A stretch of DNA of 64,000 bases from Schizochytrium sp. TIO01 (GCA_004764695.1 SMSO01000034.1:2418001-2482000), one strand, 5' to 3'. Shown: positions 35,419-49,969, numbered from the stretch's first letter. The notes: a model not told the origin generated them from the sequence alone. Translations and numbers: made by a program.

Positions 35419-36981
35419 TTTAATAATCACAGCATGTCAAAATCATAGTGAGGAAATTCTGCGCATCTTGGAGAGCGGACCATCTCGGCATCAGGCGAGA
35501 GAGCAAGCTCGTTGATCACATCCTGCTCAGCGTCGAGTGCTTGGGATTGCTTTGCTTTTCTTTCAAATTGGTTGCGCAAATAATCATGAAAGACTGTTTC
35601 ATCGATTGCAGCCTGGCCATCATCGTGTACGAGATTGGCTTGGCCGAAATCGCATCTTCCGACGAAAGGCTGAGAAGAATGAAGCGGTTCTCAAAACCAA
35701 CAAGAGCACAGAATTTGCAGGCGTCGCATTTTGGCTTTTTGCGAATACCTTCAGGCCTCGCCTCCTGCTCTGCACGTTCCAGTGCCGGACCTCGCAGAAT
35801 CTGCGCGAGCCAGCTGGAAACCGCATTGAGTTCGACGGTCGGTCTTTATGATTCTATTCAAGGACTTCCATGATATAACAACTCCCTGTGATTTCATTTC
35901 TATTGAGCGAGTACCGCCCAAGCTACGACTACCGTGACGAAGCCAGATATTTCCATCGCTGGCTCATTCATTCACAGCTGCGCAATTGCCTCTCTGCAGC
36001 TGCACTTATGGAGAGAGAAAGGTGACCAATCACCCAGCTGATGGTAGGATTAAGGCAACAAGTCTTCCGCAGTCTTCGCAGCTGTGTCCCTCCAAGTTTT
36101 GGTTTAGTAAATTCAGACTCTGTGCTTAGTTAGGTAAACTTTAGCATTTGGGTCTTTCGCAGAGAGTTTTTCTGAAGCCTTGGCCCCTTCAAGCTCTATC
36201 GAATTTGATTTTCCAATTCGCCACAGCCATTTCGTTCAGTGGGTGCTAAATGAATGCTCCTGACACACATTTCCAGTTGAGCAACTACCTCGACATTGCA
36301 GTTGCTTCGATGTAATGTAAGACTTCGTCTACGAAGCCCAAAGATACAATTCAAGCCTCGTAATTTCAGATCCCAAGATGCTCCCAGCTCTAGGAGCTGC
36401 AAAGTCTCTCCGAAAGCTCGTTTGCGAGCTGCTCTGTAGCAAGATTCGGACTCAGGTGCATATAGGCTCGGGAGAATATAATTAGTACCGTTACTGTAAA
36501 TATTGCCTCTAGGAGTAAGTCAAGTTATTCCGAGATGGAAAAGAGATGTTAGAAGGTTCAGTTTCTGCACACGTGAAAGTTCTTCTTAACTAAACAAGGT
36601 AGTAGATGAGAGTACCCAGTATATACACTTTTGTTCAAGATGATGTAAGAACTAGCTAAGGTTCAAGAAGTCCCTAAGAGAGCTGATAATTGATAACTAA
36701 TAGTTGTTATGAGAAGAAGAAAGTCGAAGTTGGAATCACTTGTACACGAATTCGTCAAATACAACCTTGAGAGTTGAGACGCCCAAAAATTTTAGGGAAC
36801 TCATGAATGGAATAGATCATAAAACCTGAAAAGTGGGTAGAGAGAGAAAGAACCATGGATATCACGGCAGGGGTGAACGAAAAAAGACAAAAACTAAAAA
36901 GGTCTGCGAGATGGAGCAAAACCCAATCGCAGGGAATCTGCCAACAGCTGGGAAGATACCTAAGTTAAAAACTAAAGAAAG

Positions 36982-39369
36982 ATGGACCCTATATCAACGC
37001 TATCGATGGTCATTCAGCTTGGCCAAAAGGCATCAGAACTTCTCCAGGATGCTAAAACGTGCAGACACAAAGCAGCGCATCTAAAAACCTTGCTTGATGA
37101 ATTCACTTCTCGCGTAGACCAGTTAGAAGATGCTGATGTTGACGTGTCGGTGCTGGAGTCAAACATGCGCGAAATTTATACAATGCTTAAGCCATATTTT
37201 AAGCACAATCGAGGCGTTGCTTCAAACATTATTCGCTTGCTTAACTCAAGGCACACATACGAAGCTCTTTGTGATGCAGAGCAGCGTCTGCAAACAATCT
37301 TGCAAATCTGCGCTATCGACCTTGCCTTACAAAACCGAGCACGAAGCATCGCATCTAGTGTTGATGAAGAGCAGTCTGACACAGAGGAGGCAGATCTTCA
37401 AGAGGACCATGATCACCTTGTTGAAATGCTCGGGGAGCTTCGTGGACAAGGCCGCCTAGATGACAGTCAGATTGACGCTGTCCTGGACTTGAATGAACAC
37501 CAGCAACAAGAACGTCTAAGCATTACTGATGTAATTCAAGGCCGCGTAGGAACCGAGGAGCAAAGCGAAATTGTTAAGTTGCTGCTTAAGCACCACCTAC
37601 AAGAAGAGCATGACGGCATCGTAACTCTAGATAAAAACATGCTTACGTTCAACGACCCAGAAGAAATGCTTGGCCATGGTCGATTTGGCGAAGTTGTTGG
37701 GGGAGTCTTACGAGATGAAGATGGCAAGGAAACCCCAGTAGCAATTAAGCGCGTGCGTCCGTCAAGCGAAGATCAAGAACTCATCGAAGAGAGAGCTCTC
37801 ATTTTCGAAGCTGATGGCTGGCAGGAATTACAACATCCCAACATTGTTTGTCTTTTGGGAGCGTGCATCATTGAAGAAAAGATCCACTTAGTCATGGACC
37901 ATTGTGATCTTTCTTTGCGCGACCTTTTGCGTGAGAGTAGCACAGCTGGGCCGACACAGCTTTCTGATGAAGATAAAGAGACCATTGCGCGCAGCATCGT
38001 TCGCGGTCTAGACTACTTACATGGTCAAGGTGTGATTCATCGCGATTTGAAACCTGCGACTGTACTTCTAAGTGTTGATTTTGGACTGGTTAAGTTGTCT
38101 GGATTCGGCCTCTCAACACGTACAACTATCGGTACAACCGCCGCAGACACTCTCTCAGCTGAGGGAACCTCCCTTTACATGGCTCCAGAAGTGATGACCC
38201 CGCCAGCTCGGTGGACAACTCGTGCAGATATTTATTCTTTGGGCCTAATTTTATGGGAAATCTACAATGCTCAAACACCTTACATGCACGTGGGTTCTGT
38301 CACAGAGCTAGAATCTCGTGTTATGAGTGGTGAACGGCCTTCAATTTCAGAAGAGATTGTCACGTCCAAATGGTTAGTACAGATAATTCAGCAATGCTGG
38401 CAACATGACCCGAAGCAGCGCCCTCGCGCCTCTCGGATACTGAAACGTTTCCTTTCCCGAGGTAAATCCAGTCGGCGCTCCACCCGAATCATTCGAGGTT
38501 TAGTCGCGACCATTACTCGCAGTCGTTTCCAGAGTACTTCCTATGGAGAAGAAAATGAACATATCCAGCAAATGCAAGATCTTCTCCGAGATATTGCCGA
38601 AGCTGAGGATCTTAGTGATACAGGCGAGTCGTTGAAAGCTCTGCATGCTATCCTGCAAAAAGAATATGAGGTTAATCTCTCAGAAAGTGTGCGATCTGAA
38701 GCGTGTACACGAGGTGTTCTTACGCGTATGCGCAGAGTTCTCAGTGATGAGGACTTAGATCCCTCGATTCTTGCCGAGGCAATGTGGATTTTGACCTATG
38801 CGCTTTCCGGAAGAGGAAATGCGATTCTCTTTCGCGAGGCTGCTGTTCGAGACTATCACTTTGGTGAGAGCATTCTTGAAATTCTACGAGGAGATATTGA
38901 AAATGTCGACTTGCAAACCGCAGGGTGCGCTATTTTGATGACCTTGGCTCATTCTCCTGCTCGTAATCAGCAAGTCCTAGGCATAGAACTCAATGCCTGC
39001 CAAGATTTGTATGAGATAATGCAAGCACATCCAAGTAATGCTGATGTTCAGCAGTGGGCATGTGGTGCTTTGTGGAATCTGGCAATGAATTCTTCAAATC
39101 GAGAATTCATGGCTCTTGATCTGAATGTCGGCCAGGTAATTCTCGAAGCGATGCAGTTTCACGAAAAGAATTTAGAGGTTCTTGAGAACGCATGCTGGGC
39201 TTTATACAATCTCGCGCAAGAAGACAGTGTCAAAGAGATTCTCTGCCAACAAGGAGCCGTTGCTGAAGTGCAGATTGCGCATCGAAGATACCCTACGCTT
39301 CGAGCTGCAGATCAGGCTCTTGAAAGGCTTGTTGAAAACCAAATCGAGGTCGTGGAAGGAGAAGTTTGA
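36982..39369 (+). CDS. MLKL-like helical bundle / pseudokinase / ARM-repeat protein (3 clear repeats)
   Basis: N-terminus MDPISTLSMVIQLGQKASELLQDAKTCRHKAAHL. Kinase motifs GHGRFG, VAIK, HRDLKPAT (Asn lost), VKLSGFG (Asp lost) and YMAPE. ARM repeats follow. Confidence 0.92.
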   Translation: MDPISTLSMVIQLGQKASELLQDAKTCRHKAAHLKTLLDEFTSRVDQLEDADVDVSVLESNMREIYTMLKPYFKHNRGVASNIIRLLNSRHTYEALCDAEQRLQTILQICAIDLALQNRARSIASSVDEEQSDTEEADLQEDHDHLVEMLGELRGQGRLDDSQIDAVLDLNEHQQQERLSITDVIQGRVGTEEQSEIVKLLLKHHLQEEHDGIVTLDKNMLTFNDPEEMLGHGRFGEVVGGVLRDEDGKETPVAIKRVRPSSEDQELIEERALIFEADGWQELQHPNIVCLLGACIIEEKIHLVMDHCDLSLRDLLRESSTAGPTQLSDEDKETIARSIVRGLDYLHGQGVIHRDLKPATVLLSVDFGLVKLSGFGLSTRTTIGTTAADTLSAEGTSLYMAPEVMTPPARWTTRADIYSLGLILWEIYNAQTPYMHVGSVTELESRVMSGERPSISEEIVTSKWLVQIIQQCWQHDPKQRPRASRILKRFLSRGKSSRRSTRIIRGLVATITRSRFQSTSYGEENEHIQQMQDLLRDIAEAEDLSDTGESLKALHAILQKEYEVNLSESVRSEACTRGVLTRMRRVLSDEDLDPSILAEAMWILTYALSGRGNAILFREAAVRDYHFGESILEILRGDIENVDLQTAGCAILMTLAHSPARNQQVLGIELNACQDLYEIMQAHPSNADVQQWACGALWNLAMNSSNREFMALDLNVGQVILEAMQFHEKNLEVLENACWALYNLAQEDSVKEILCQQGAVAEVQIAHRRYPTLRAADQALERLVENQIEVVEGEV

Positions 39370-42148
39370 AGGTTTTTTCTTGGCGAGGTGCTTTGAGTTA
39401 GTTTCATGCGCTTCAGAGCACTTCCTTTTTTCTCGAATCCCTTCGTCAACTGCCCTGCAGCATAGATTCGGACATGTCAAGTAGAAGATCATAGACTTTA
39501 CAAAATAAGCAATTGAGCATAAAATAAAAATGTTTTAGTATGTACAATAGTATGATTTACGGTCTGGGATTTTGCTTTGACCAACATTTTAGCAAGCTCC
39601 TTAAGTTTCCTTCAATTTCCCCGATCCAAACATTAAACATATTTATTGTTTTACTCCAAGATTGCGGGATGCGTATGAATGAACTTTTGGACTACTTGCT
39701 CATTTGAAAAGTAGTTGTCCTGATACATAGCAGCTTTCGCAATCACACGGAGTCTGATGACTCAGATCATCCTTCTTAAAACTAGCCATGGTTATGATAC
39801 TACTGAATTAGAAACTGCTGAACCGGGTGAAGTGGTGATCTTGTTTATCATATTTGCGATGCCCTGGCATTCAAATTTACAGAGTAAAGAGATTATTCAG
39901 CTGCTGTATCGCTAATGGCAAGCTTTGTTGATGGTTTCAGACCGTCAAGTTAGATTTATATAATTCAAACATCATCGTGTCTGAAATCTTCGTTAGAGAT
40001 CATGCAGCATATCTGCCAAGTAACACGTATATGTTGGTTCAAGAAAAGAGCACCTTGATTTTTCAGCATTGTCCATTCTCAGATCAGGATAAATTGACCA
40101 ATTGAATAATTGCATCGGGGTCGAATTCAGATATATATGCTAGTAGGGGAGAATGGGACATGATGCTGACGGCAAGGTGACTTAGTTCACAGCAAATGAG
40201 TAGAAAGCTCCGCTGCCATTCTGTCCAGCACCAGTTACGGTTCATGGCCCACTGCAGTAGCCGTTCTGTATTACTTTTGTCATCTGTGCTGCTCTTGACA
40301 TCCTCCTTTTTAGTTCTCGCAATGCTTGCCCGCTCTCGCCATTATTCTTCGAATCAGTACACTCATCTTCGAAACTAACAGCCATTCCAAACTTTGCATG
40401 TACTTTGTTCAGGTCTTTCGCCCGCAGGACGTTGATCGCATGCAAGGAAGAAGCACAGCAAATTGCAGTACTTCTGTACGCGGCGCAGAATGTATTCAAT
40501 CGGCCGAAAAGGCTGATCCAGCTCGGTAAAGGTGCACACATTTTGTCATTAAAACTACGTCGTGAAGTTCAAGTTTTTATATATAATCAAGCGTTCGGGG
40601 CGAATAAAAGTTAAATCTTACCGATCGTTCGAGGAAGGGATTAAGTTTATTGCCAGTGCGTTTGAACGGGCGTATGCTCCAGAAATCGTACACTGCAGAC
40701 TGTTCTTCAATCTTTATTTCCAAATATCTGGGGTGAAAAAAAAACTTAAAAAAAACTATAAATTGAACCAGAATCGTTTCTGGGGTGGCTGCTGAAGAAG
40801 ATTCAGGTTCTGAGGAGAGCAGACATCGCGGTAATGGGTGGCCAGATCTAGCTTAGTAAGGGTGGTGCGTCTGTCTCTAGGGCGGCGCGCATTTTTGCGA
40901 GGGTGCGGCTCTGAAGGGTCGGCCTCAGTCTCTCCTGGTTTGCGGTCTTCGAAAAGTAGCGTCTGGTGATTTGAAAGCCGCACCTTGCCGCGTTTTCTTT
41001 TCATTTCTGTTTTTCTTTTTCAAAGTGGGATGCGCTCGAAGAGTTTTAGCGAGCATGCACATAATAAGTAAGCACGTGTCAAAAGGTAATTTAATCTTGG
41101 GAGCCAACCTTTCGAGAGCGAGCTAAGTCAAGCTACATAACTGCTTCAACTTCTGTGTGAGCACGTGAAAGAGCTTATAAAAGAGGATTTGGATGGAGCT
41201 CAGAAATTTGCAAATCGGGACCTTGAGCTGAACACGCACGCTCCCAAGATTCTGTACTGGAGACGGGGGAAATTACTACTCGCAAATAGTTTTCGGTAAT
41301 TCTGCGTCCAGTCGCCACTTGAGGGACGAACGAAGCGCTTCTTGGTAAAGACGACGCACTGGAGATTCGAATCGAAGTATATGGAAATCTAAACGTGTAG
41401 CTACCACCAATTTGAGTATTTGTAAACGATAGAAAGCTTCCCTCAGAAATTCCCGTTGCTTAGAGTATTTAATTGAAAGTGTCTAGCTACGAATAAATAT
41501 AGAGTCCATTGCAATCTTTCTGATAGTGTGGTTTCCAATCGGCATGAATATCTTATAGAGCGTAAAATGACCTTAACTTTAACGTGCTAATGTTTTTTAA
41601 AATCGGAAATCAAACAAAACTTCACAGATTCGCATTCTGAAACTAGCATTTTGGTCAAAAGTACAATAATGAAGTTGGTCTTGCAGATCCATAAAGATCA
41701 TTTTGTCAGCATCTGGAAGCGTGAATCATGCTGCTTATGAAAACGAGCCTAACGAAACGAGCCATTGTCTATTTACAAATTAGCCACAGACGAATAATAG
41801 CATAATTATTTTTTAAAGTAGATATATGTAGGAGTTTGTGACTCAACAAAACATTTAGACTTTAAGTATAGAGTAGGTCGATTACTCTATCATGCAAAAG
41901 GGCCACTTTGTCGAGACGATTGAAGGATCTTCAGTTTTAAGCAGTAAGTAACCTTCCAGATATAATATCGTCCAGCCATTTGTAGCACCCTTGAGCAAGC
42001 TCGATTTACTGTACAAGCTCATCTTTCTTTTTCTTGTCTCTTTTGGTAAAGATTTCAGGGGTAGGTAGTGTGTACCTTTGTAGGATATATTTGATATTCT
42101 CCCGAAGGTTACTCAGTACCGCATATAATTTTTGATAATAAATAAATA

Positions 42149-42766
<618 letters not shown>

Positions 42767-45026
42767 AAATTTGTGCTCTATTTTTGAGGCATTCGCAACT
42801 TAGGCAAAAGGGTTCCAGTACCCTAAGCTTTGCAAAATAAGCTTCCATCTTTTATAACGCCACCGGTGTAAGGCTTGCATCATCAATGTATCCTGGCTCA
42901 TGAGCAACTCAAAACTTTAAAAGAATTCATACAATTGAAGCATAATAACGGCGTGGTTGTTTGAAAAAAAAAGAAAAAAAAAGTTATTGGGATTAAAAAC
43001 TATAGAGGTCTATATCATAAGTGTTTTGCTGTTGAACATCAATTTAATCATGTTATTTTAAGAGAGTGCATAGCATTGTTTGAAGATCAGGTTATTTATC
43101 TCAAGCGGCTTCGTTAAGGAATCATCTCGAAGAAACTCTATTATTGAAATATGTCAAAATGACGCCTCCACCTTCGTGAAAATGATGGGGCAAGTGGTGT
43201 TTTTCGAACTGGACATGCATAATAGTTATGTCGCGTAAGGTGTGATTTCCATTATCGATTTGTAATGCCATGCCTCACTCTATGTAGATATTGATCAACA
43301 GTGAGATACTTTAATCCTATTACTTTCATTTATTTATTTTAAAATACTAATCGTCGATGTTATATTTATAATTTTTTGAAATATGATGTACTTTCCTGCC
43401 AAAGTGCTCACGTTTTTTCAGCGTTACGCGCGTCCGGGCTCCTGGCAAGGCGTCGTGATGTTTGGTGTCTATCGAGGCTCAATGCTATCTTCTCGACTTC
43501 TGAACATGACACTCGATTCTCTACAATCACCATTGTGACCCTCGTGCGTAATATGAACTATAGCTTGACAATACTTGCATGGCGAGTGCAAACGTTTGGA
43601 CGATGTCTTGCATCTGGCAAGACCAGTCCTAAATGCTTTTTGCAGCGCATATAATCTTCACTTGCTTTTAAGTTCTCAAAACTTTTTATTTTAAAATTTG
43701 TTCCTTTTAATTGACTACGTAGAGATTCGCCGAGGCGAATACCGGCGTTCTTGAACCAAGACGACCTTTCCAAGCCAGCCACAAATTCAGACTAATGATG
43801 CTACTGCTGCCAGGCGATTATTAGTCGCGTCTTGCACTGCTGTGCCTGAACTTGTAAAGGTGCTATTGTGGCCCATTTGTAATTGAGGGATGGATTAATT
43901 GATAATAAATAGCTCTTATAAATCATTAAGTTAGGTACCATATCATCATTAACGGGGAAATGAAGTAGCAAAACTGATCAATGCGATATTTTAGGGATTG
44001 CGACAAGAGTATTTCGGAGCTCATCCTCAGCGCCTTCCATCATGTTGCACTCGACAAGAATGGAAGCTGGAAAATATATTCGAGCCTACGATAATCCATC
44101 ATTATCGTTATGATTATCATCCCATCAACATGCTTCCTTCGACTAGCATTATTAGTATCTGCAGATATAAGAGTCCTCGAGTATGCATCTTGCTCAAAAT
44201 TCTTGGGCCACGCTTGTTTGCCATTCACAGGACAGCTTGATAGTTTCTCCAGCTCTATTCGCTAACACGCAAACCCATTCGAAGCATGTTTTTGAGCCAA
44301 CATGAGTCACTGTCTCTAGTGATCAATCAATTCAATCTCTAAGGATAACTATCTTCGGATCGATCACCCTCTTCAACGATAGTTCTATACCGGTCCTGAC
44401 GAGGTACACACCCTAAAACAATTTTAATACTCTCTTCACTTCTACACAAGTGGAAACACGCAGCCTACATGCTAGGTTAGTGAGGAGTAAGTGATTTGGT
44501 CAATCCCTTTCTGTTAACTCAAGTCGCCTGTTTACAAAAGCCTTTTGTAGGCGCTCAGCATTCATTCAGCTTCTCAGGGTGGGAACCTCGTCCTTCTTCC
44601 TTATTTTTTAAATTAAATTGTAAAAAATGAAGAAGAGACAAGAAAAGATAGATGTTTGTGCTAAAACCTCGGGGCATAGTAACATATTAAGTAGTAGGCC
44701 GAGTTCCAACGAGGAGTTCAAGTTTGGGATTCCTTAAACTTGAAAGGCCTGGAGAGAGAGGACAAAAGGTACCAGTAGGTAGGCAGGCTTTTGAGTGAGT
44801 TTCTCCGGTGCTAAATTGGAGAACATTTCATCTTCTATCAGAGTAGGAGAGCAAATGAAATGATCTCGTATGGCCTCCACGCGATCTCCCTGTACCTAGA
44901 ACATCAAGCTACCATGCTCTGCCTTTCAATCGTCCTTGCCGTGCCCCACCCGGCGCCTTCGCACGAGACTTGAGCAGAATCTTTTCTTCAGGAGACGAAC
45001 CTCGAGGCGAGGAAAGGAGAGGTTCC

Positions 45027-46435
45027 TACCTACCTGCTACAGGTCGCGAAGACGAAACCTGACATGAAAGAAAAGGAATGGCAGGAAAAGCCAACCCACG
45101 TAAGCGTAAGCGGTGCTGCTCGCTTCGAGTATATTTGTGGGCCCTCAGGCACAATTCGCCGCCGCGAGCAGGTCGTGCGCTGCGAGGAGCCCTCGTGTGG
45201 CTCCTGGAGACGCCAAGCCACTCGCTGCCCTCGCCGCGAAAGAGCCTTTTTTCAAGCCAACATGGGCTTGGATTGGAATTTCTCCAACCTCAAGTGAACT
45301 ACAAAATTGTGCCATGGGCCCATGACGACGATGCCATTCCGCCGGGCGGCGTGACCAAAACACGGCTGTTCGGTCTCCTTTGGCAGCTCCAGCGGCAGAG
45401 CCTCCAAGTCCGTCTCGAGGCATCGCTGCTAGTGCTAGAAAGCAGCTGTGATGGCCGCTTCGAGAGCGTCTCCTTAGGATCCCTTCTTCCTGAGGCCTTT
45501 CCTCCGAGTGTTGGACCAGGAACTCGCGCATTCGTGAGTTCGCTTCCCTCGCTCGCGCCAAAACTCAGGCCGGCAAGCGTCTGGGCGTCGAGCATGAAGT
45601 AGCCCGACACCGGCAGCACGTTGAGCGAGGCCGGTGTCGATCGATCCCTGTCCGCAAAGAAGCCCGAGTTCGAGTTTGGCTTTGCCGCTTCGTCGCCTTC
45701 GAAGACGGACGAATTTGAAATTTGAAATTTGAAATTCTCTGGAAATTTGAAATTTCAAATTTGTTGAACTTAAAAAATAAAAAATAAAAACAGAGACGAT
45801 AGATTTCTTTTCGTCGAAAAAGAAAATGACCTTCAACATTCAAACGAGGATCTTCGAGGAGGCCCACTTCAAGTTCAGGCAACTTCGAACCTTGGCAGAC
45901 CTACGGAAAGACCTCCGGAGAACTCCGGGCGTGGGCTGAGGTTCCCGAGGATCGCACCCGCCGGTCTGCCAGATGCGGCGGTGGTCTCTCTCTCTCCGCC
46001 AGCGAGGCCCGTGCCCAGGTGCGAAGCAGGAATGAGAAAGCGCTGCCAGCTCGCAGCTGTAAAATCGGTCGATCACCATTTCTAAATTACAAAACAGATT
46101 CTGTTCAAAGTTTTGCAGTTAAAATCTTTTTTCTTTTTCTTTTTCTTTTTCTTTTTCTTTTTCTTTTTTAAAATCGAATTAAAAACCTCCAAAGAAAGAA
46201 GAAAACGTCGGAGATACTTGAGAAAAGCTTTTCTCTCCTTCTTTCTCGAGGGAAAAAGAGCGCATAATACAACGAGTAAACAATGAGGGAACAAAGAGAG
46301 CGAGCGAGCTAAGGTCTGAGCGTGGGAGGCGCGGGCTCTCCCACGCGCACGCCAGAGGCAGCCGGCAGCTCGAGTAAAACGCCAGGCTGTTGAGCCGGCG
46401 CAGCGATTTAAAACTCTGGGGTACATACCTACCTG
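45027..46435. other. GC-rich island with decayed coding-like sequence, bounded by a TACCTACCTG direct repeat; possible mobile-element relic
   Basis: Visibly more GC-rich than its flanks. Identical 10-mers at 45027-45036 and 46426-46435. Internal (GAAATTT)n and (TTTTTC)n tracts. Confidence 0.35.
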
Positions 46436-49181
46436 AGGCTTCTTTCTCTTCGTGTCTGTGGGTTAAGCTCTTGCGATCGTTGGTCTCGCCTCTTGGCCGG
46501 AATTGATGATCTTCGCTCTTTCATTCCATTTACTCATTTCGAGCTTAGATCTGAGGCTCATTGACCTCGTAAATAGTTGCTAGGAAGTCGTTCGAAGTGA
46601 GCCAACGGAATGGATCACTTCGCAGATGTCCCTAGCTCGCAAAGTTTGCCACGATCCTGTTTTCCTTCCTGCCGCCAGCAAGGCTACGGCTACGTCCTCT
46701 TATCCTTCTTTAAGTTGATAGCATCTATCATGTGGGCTTGGAAGAGGTTACCTTGTCTCGGCAGTACCTAGGTACTTTTCGAACCAGCGATTCACGACGA
46801 GATAAAGGTATTCAAGATTAAGATTGTTGATCATCCGACTCGAGTGATATTCTCTTTGAGGCAAACTCACTGCATTTTACTTGTTTCCCTCTGTTTGGCT
46901 GTTGTACGAGATGCATGCATGTTACGGTGTTATTAGTGCTGTTGCCCCTGCTGACAAGTCCTCATGTGCCTACCTATCAGTTTTGTTGCCGTTAGCGTCA
47001 CGATCTGAAGCAGCAGTACGGTACTTTTTCCTGAACCAGAATAACATGACAGAGACGGTGACTGTAACTTGACGGCTACAATGGATGGTGCCAAGGGCAC
47101 TGTAACGATCTGACAATCTCCAAGGGCTAGCTTCGCTAGGATCTTAATCCTCGGTAATCTTTGCCAAGGACACTTCTAAATTCGCAAGTTTCACATTTAA
47201 ATCTCTACCTTCGCCAGCGACAAACACCAATGGCGAGGTAGAAAACGGTCCCAAGAGCCTGAACAGATCTATTCAGTGTACCACGGCCCAAGCAAATACA
47301 TGCTCACGGCCCACTCACACGGCCGGCATCCTCATATCTTCAGAATTCCTCATAGGTCTTTACTTGTGTAATTCTGGGCAATCGCAAGCTATTTGTCCTT
47401 GCAAACTTTAAGTTTCTGTGCATCCACCTGATGCAAGATTCTACTTTCAACGCTCATTTGTTCAAGAGGATCTTGGCCCGCCCCAGGGACTTGAACTACA
47501 TTCTTACCCGCCCACCAGTCGTTGCGTTGCCCTGCTCTCGAGTCATGACATTTCACGAGGCAAGCGTTGTTTTGCTGAGAACGCACTTACATGAATCTGG
47601 ACCTGGGACCTTTTGGCGGCTGCACTTGCGATGGGAGATGCAGATTTTCGAGCGAAAGCTGGAGCGGCTCGGATCATTTCCGCGAGAGCCACCGCTATCT
47701 TGAGCTTCTGCATGCCAATTTCTAACTCTGCCTCGATATTCCAGAGCTATGCAGGGCTGGAAAGCGGCACTTGAAGCAGCTTCGCAGGGTGCGGCGGTCA
47801 GGACTTGCATCCGCCAAGGGTGGCGAGGAGCCAAACGATGTGTACCGTCCATTACTCTGTTGAGGCGACGGTTTATCTTCGAGTTCTCCTCATTATTTGA
47901 TTTTCAACATTGTTATTATCATTATTTTGTATTTGAACTAACTAACTAAATAAATAAATAAACAGATAAACAAGTACAAGCGCCGCACGTGCACGCTTCA
48001 TAGTGTCTGGTATTATTATATATAATGATTATCTTAATTTTAATCTTAATTTTGGTTCTATTTTTTAATTTTAAGAAAAAAGGGAAAAAAAGAGAGAGAG
48101 AGAGAGAGAGAGACTTACATTTTTGTGGGTTGTGTACTATCTGCGTTAAAACAAAAGTAAAAGTTTTAAAAGGAATATCCTTGCATCTTCTCCTTCTTTA
48201 TGTGCTAAATTAGTTACACTGACAGACTTTGAAGAGAGCCCGAGGTAATAACCAAACGTAGTCCGGTAAGCTTGGGCTGGCTCGATTTACGAGTGTTGCT
48301 AAACAAGCGGAATCTAACACAACAACAGCAGATAATTGTGTTGCAGCAGGCACTTTAAAAAAAGGTGAAAGAAGAGGGCGAACGGGAGAATAAAAAATAA
48401 AAAAGTAAAAAAAATGATGCCATATACATTTTCATAGGCATTCCGTTTTGATATTTTAAGCCAAAACAATTGTAGCACAACAGACTTGCGCAGTATGTTT
48501 GCATCTTCGAATATGGCAAATATACCATCGGAGCCCAGATTCTGACGTTCTTTCAAGCCTGGTGTGCTAACGTGTTATTACGTGCGGGCTCTACTCCAAT
48601 GGTCGTGTCGGCATTTCCTTCGCATCTGAGACAAAACGAAAACTATCTCTAGAGGTTACTATGAGGAAGGAAAGGGTTAACATTTTCAATCTTAATTTTT
48701 TGTCAAGAATAACTAACAATGAAAACTTGCAGCAGAAGAGGGCTTATCTAACGACGAATCAGGGCTCCAAGCTCTTTCGATTCCAAGTCAAGTTGGCTGC
48801 GAACCAGCAATGTCATCGCCGGCTAAGATCAAATGCAAACTCGAAAGTCTTTTGCATCACCGGAGTTACCGGAGCTTCGCACGCCAATCACTCCGAGCCT
48901 GCCCCACAACCGCCATGATTCAGAACCGAAGCTGCCTCAATGCTAATCTCATAAATCTCCTTTAGTTAGGTTGTAGTACACAATGCAAAATGTATAATGC
49001 AGAGCATTATACCACCTTACTCGCCGCTGGGAAGCAGGTCAGCCTGAAGAGAGGACATACTGGCGACTGAGACTGGCCAGAGGGCACTCGCTGCTGGCTG
49101 ATTTATCTGCCTCTGCCGAGCCTGCCGGCGTTTCGGGCGAGCCATTGGGGTCATCGACTGGACGCGAGGAGCGAAGAGATG

Positions 49182-49222
<41 letters not shown>
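49182..49222 (+). repeat. (TGCT)n microsatellite
   Basis: Direct reading, about 10 copies. Confidence 0.95.
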
Positions 49223-49223
<1 letters not shown>

Positions 49224-49868
49224 TCCTGTGCTGCTTCTTGCCTAACGTTTTATTTGCGAGTGCCAATCAAATCTTGGTTCACAAAAAATAATATAAAAAA
49301 TAAAAAATACAGCCAGGCTGAAGCCGGAGGAAGTGGCTTATGCTCAAACGAGCACTCGGCTGTCACTCTCTAGAGCCCGATATCCTGTATTGCAGAGGCT
49401 TAGATCCCTCCAAGCTTCAAGCTTTGCAGGCTTGCGGAAGCGACATATATTTTTCGTTATTTTTTATTGTTACGTATTTTAGCCTTTAATTGAAAGAAAC
49501 TAATCGTCTTCAATTTATAATTTAATTGATTAAAAGAAAAAGAAAAAGAAAAAGTGAAAAAGAAAAAGTAGAGAGGTAAAGCCGGAGCCCCCGAAGAGCA
49601 TGAGCTTGTGCTTGAGCTTGAGCTAGGCCGCCTCCATAAACTATGACGAACTAATCACCGGTGTGTCGAACCCTCTGGAGTGCCTGACCTCCTCTCTCCT
49701 GGTTTATTCGTTTATCTGCTTACTCGTTCGTTCATAGGTTTTCCCCATCATCCACGTGGCTCTTGGTGACTGCCTTGGCACACTCCCTCGCATGCGAAGA
49801 GTGTTGAGTCGTTGTGTACCATCAAGACTTCGATTCAACTTCCAGTCCCAGTAGTAGCTCTGACTTAG

Positions 49869-49912
49869 GCACGCACGTGAACAAGTCATTGCACGCACGT
49901 GAATAAGTCATT
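49869..49912 (+). repeat. 22-bp tandem duplication, each copy containing CACGTG
   Basis: gcacgcacgtgaacaagtcatt gcacgcacgtgaataagtcatt. Confidence 0.85.
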
Positions 49913-49969
49913 TGTAAATAGATCGCGATCGTAAATCGTCGTCACCGGTACTCTGGCTGCCTTATAAGA

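Noticed and set aside
34750-35870. Possible decayed minus-strand gene between kinase paralogs 1 and 2
   Set aside because: Protein-like patches occur in shifting frames but with no identifiable homology.
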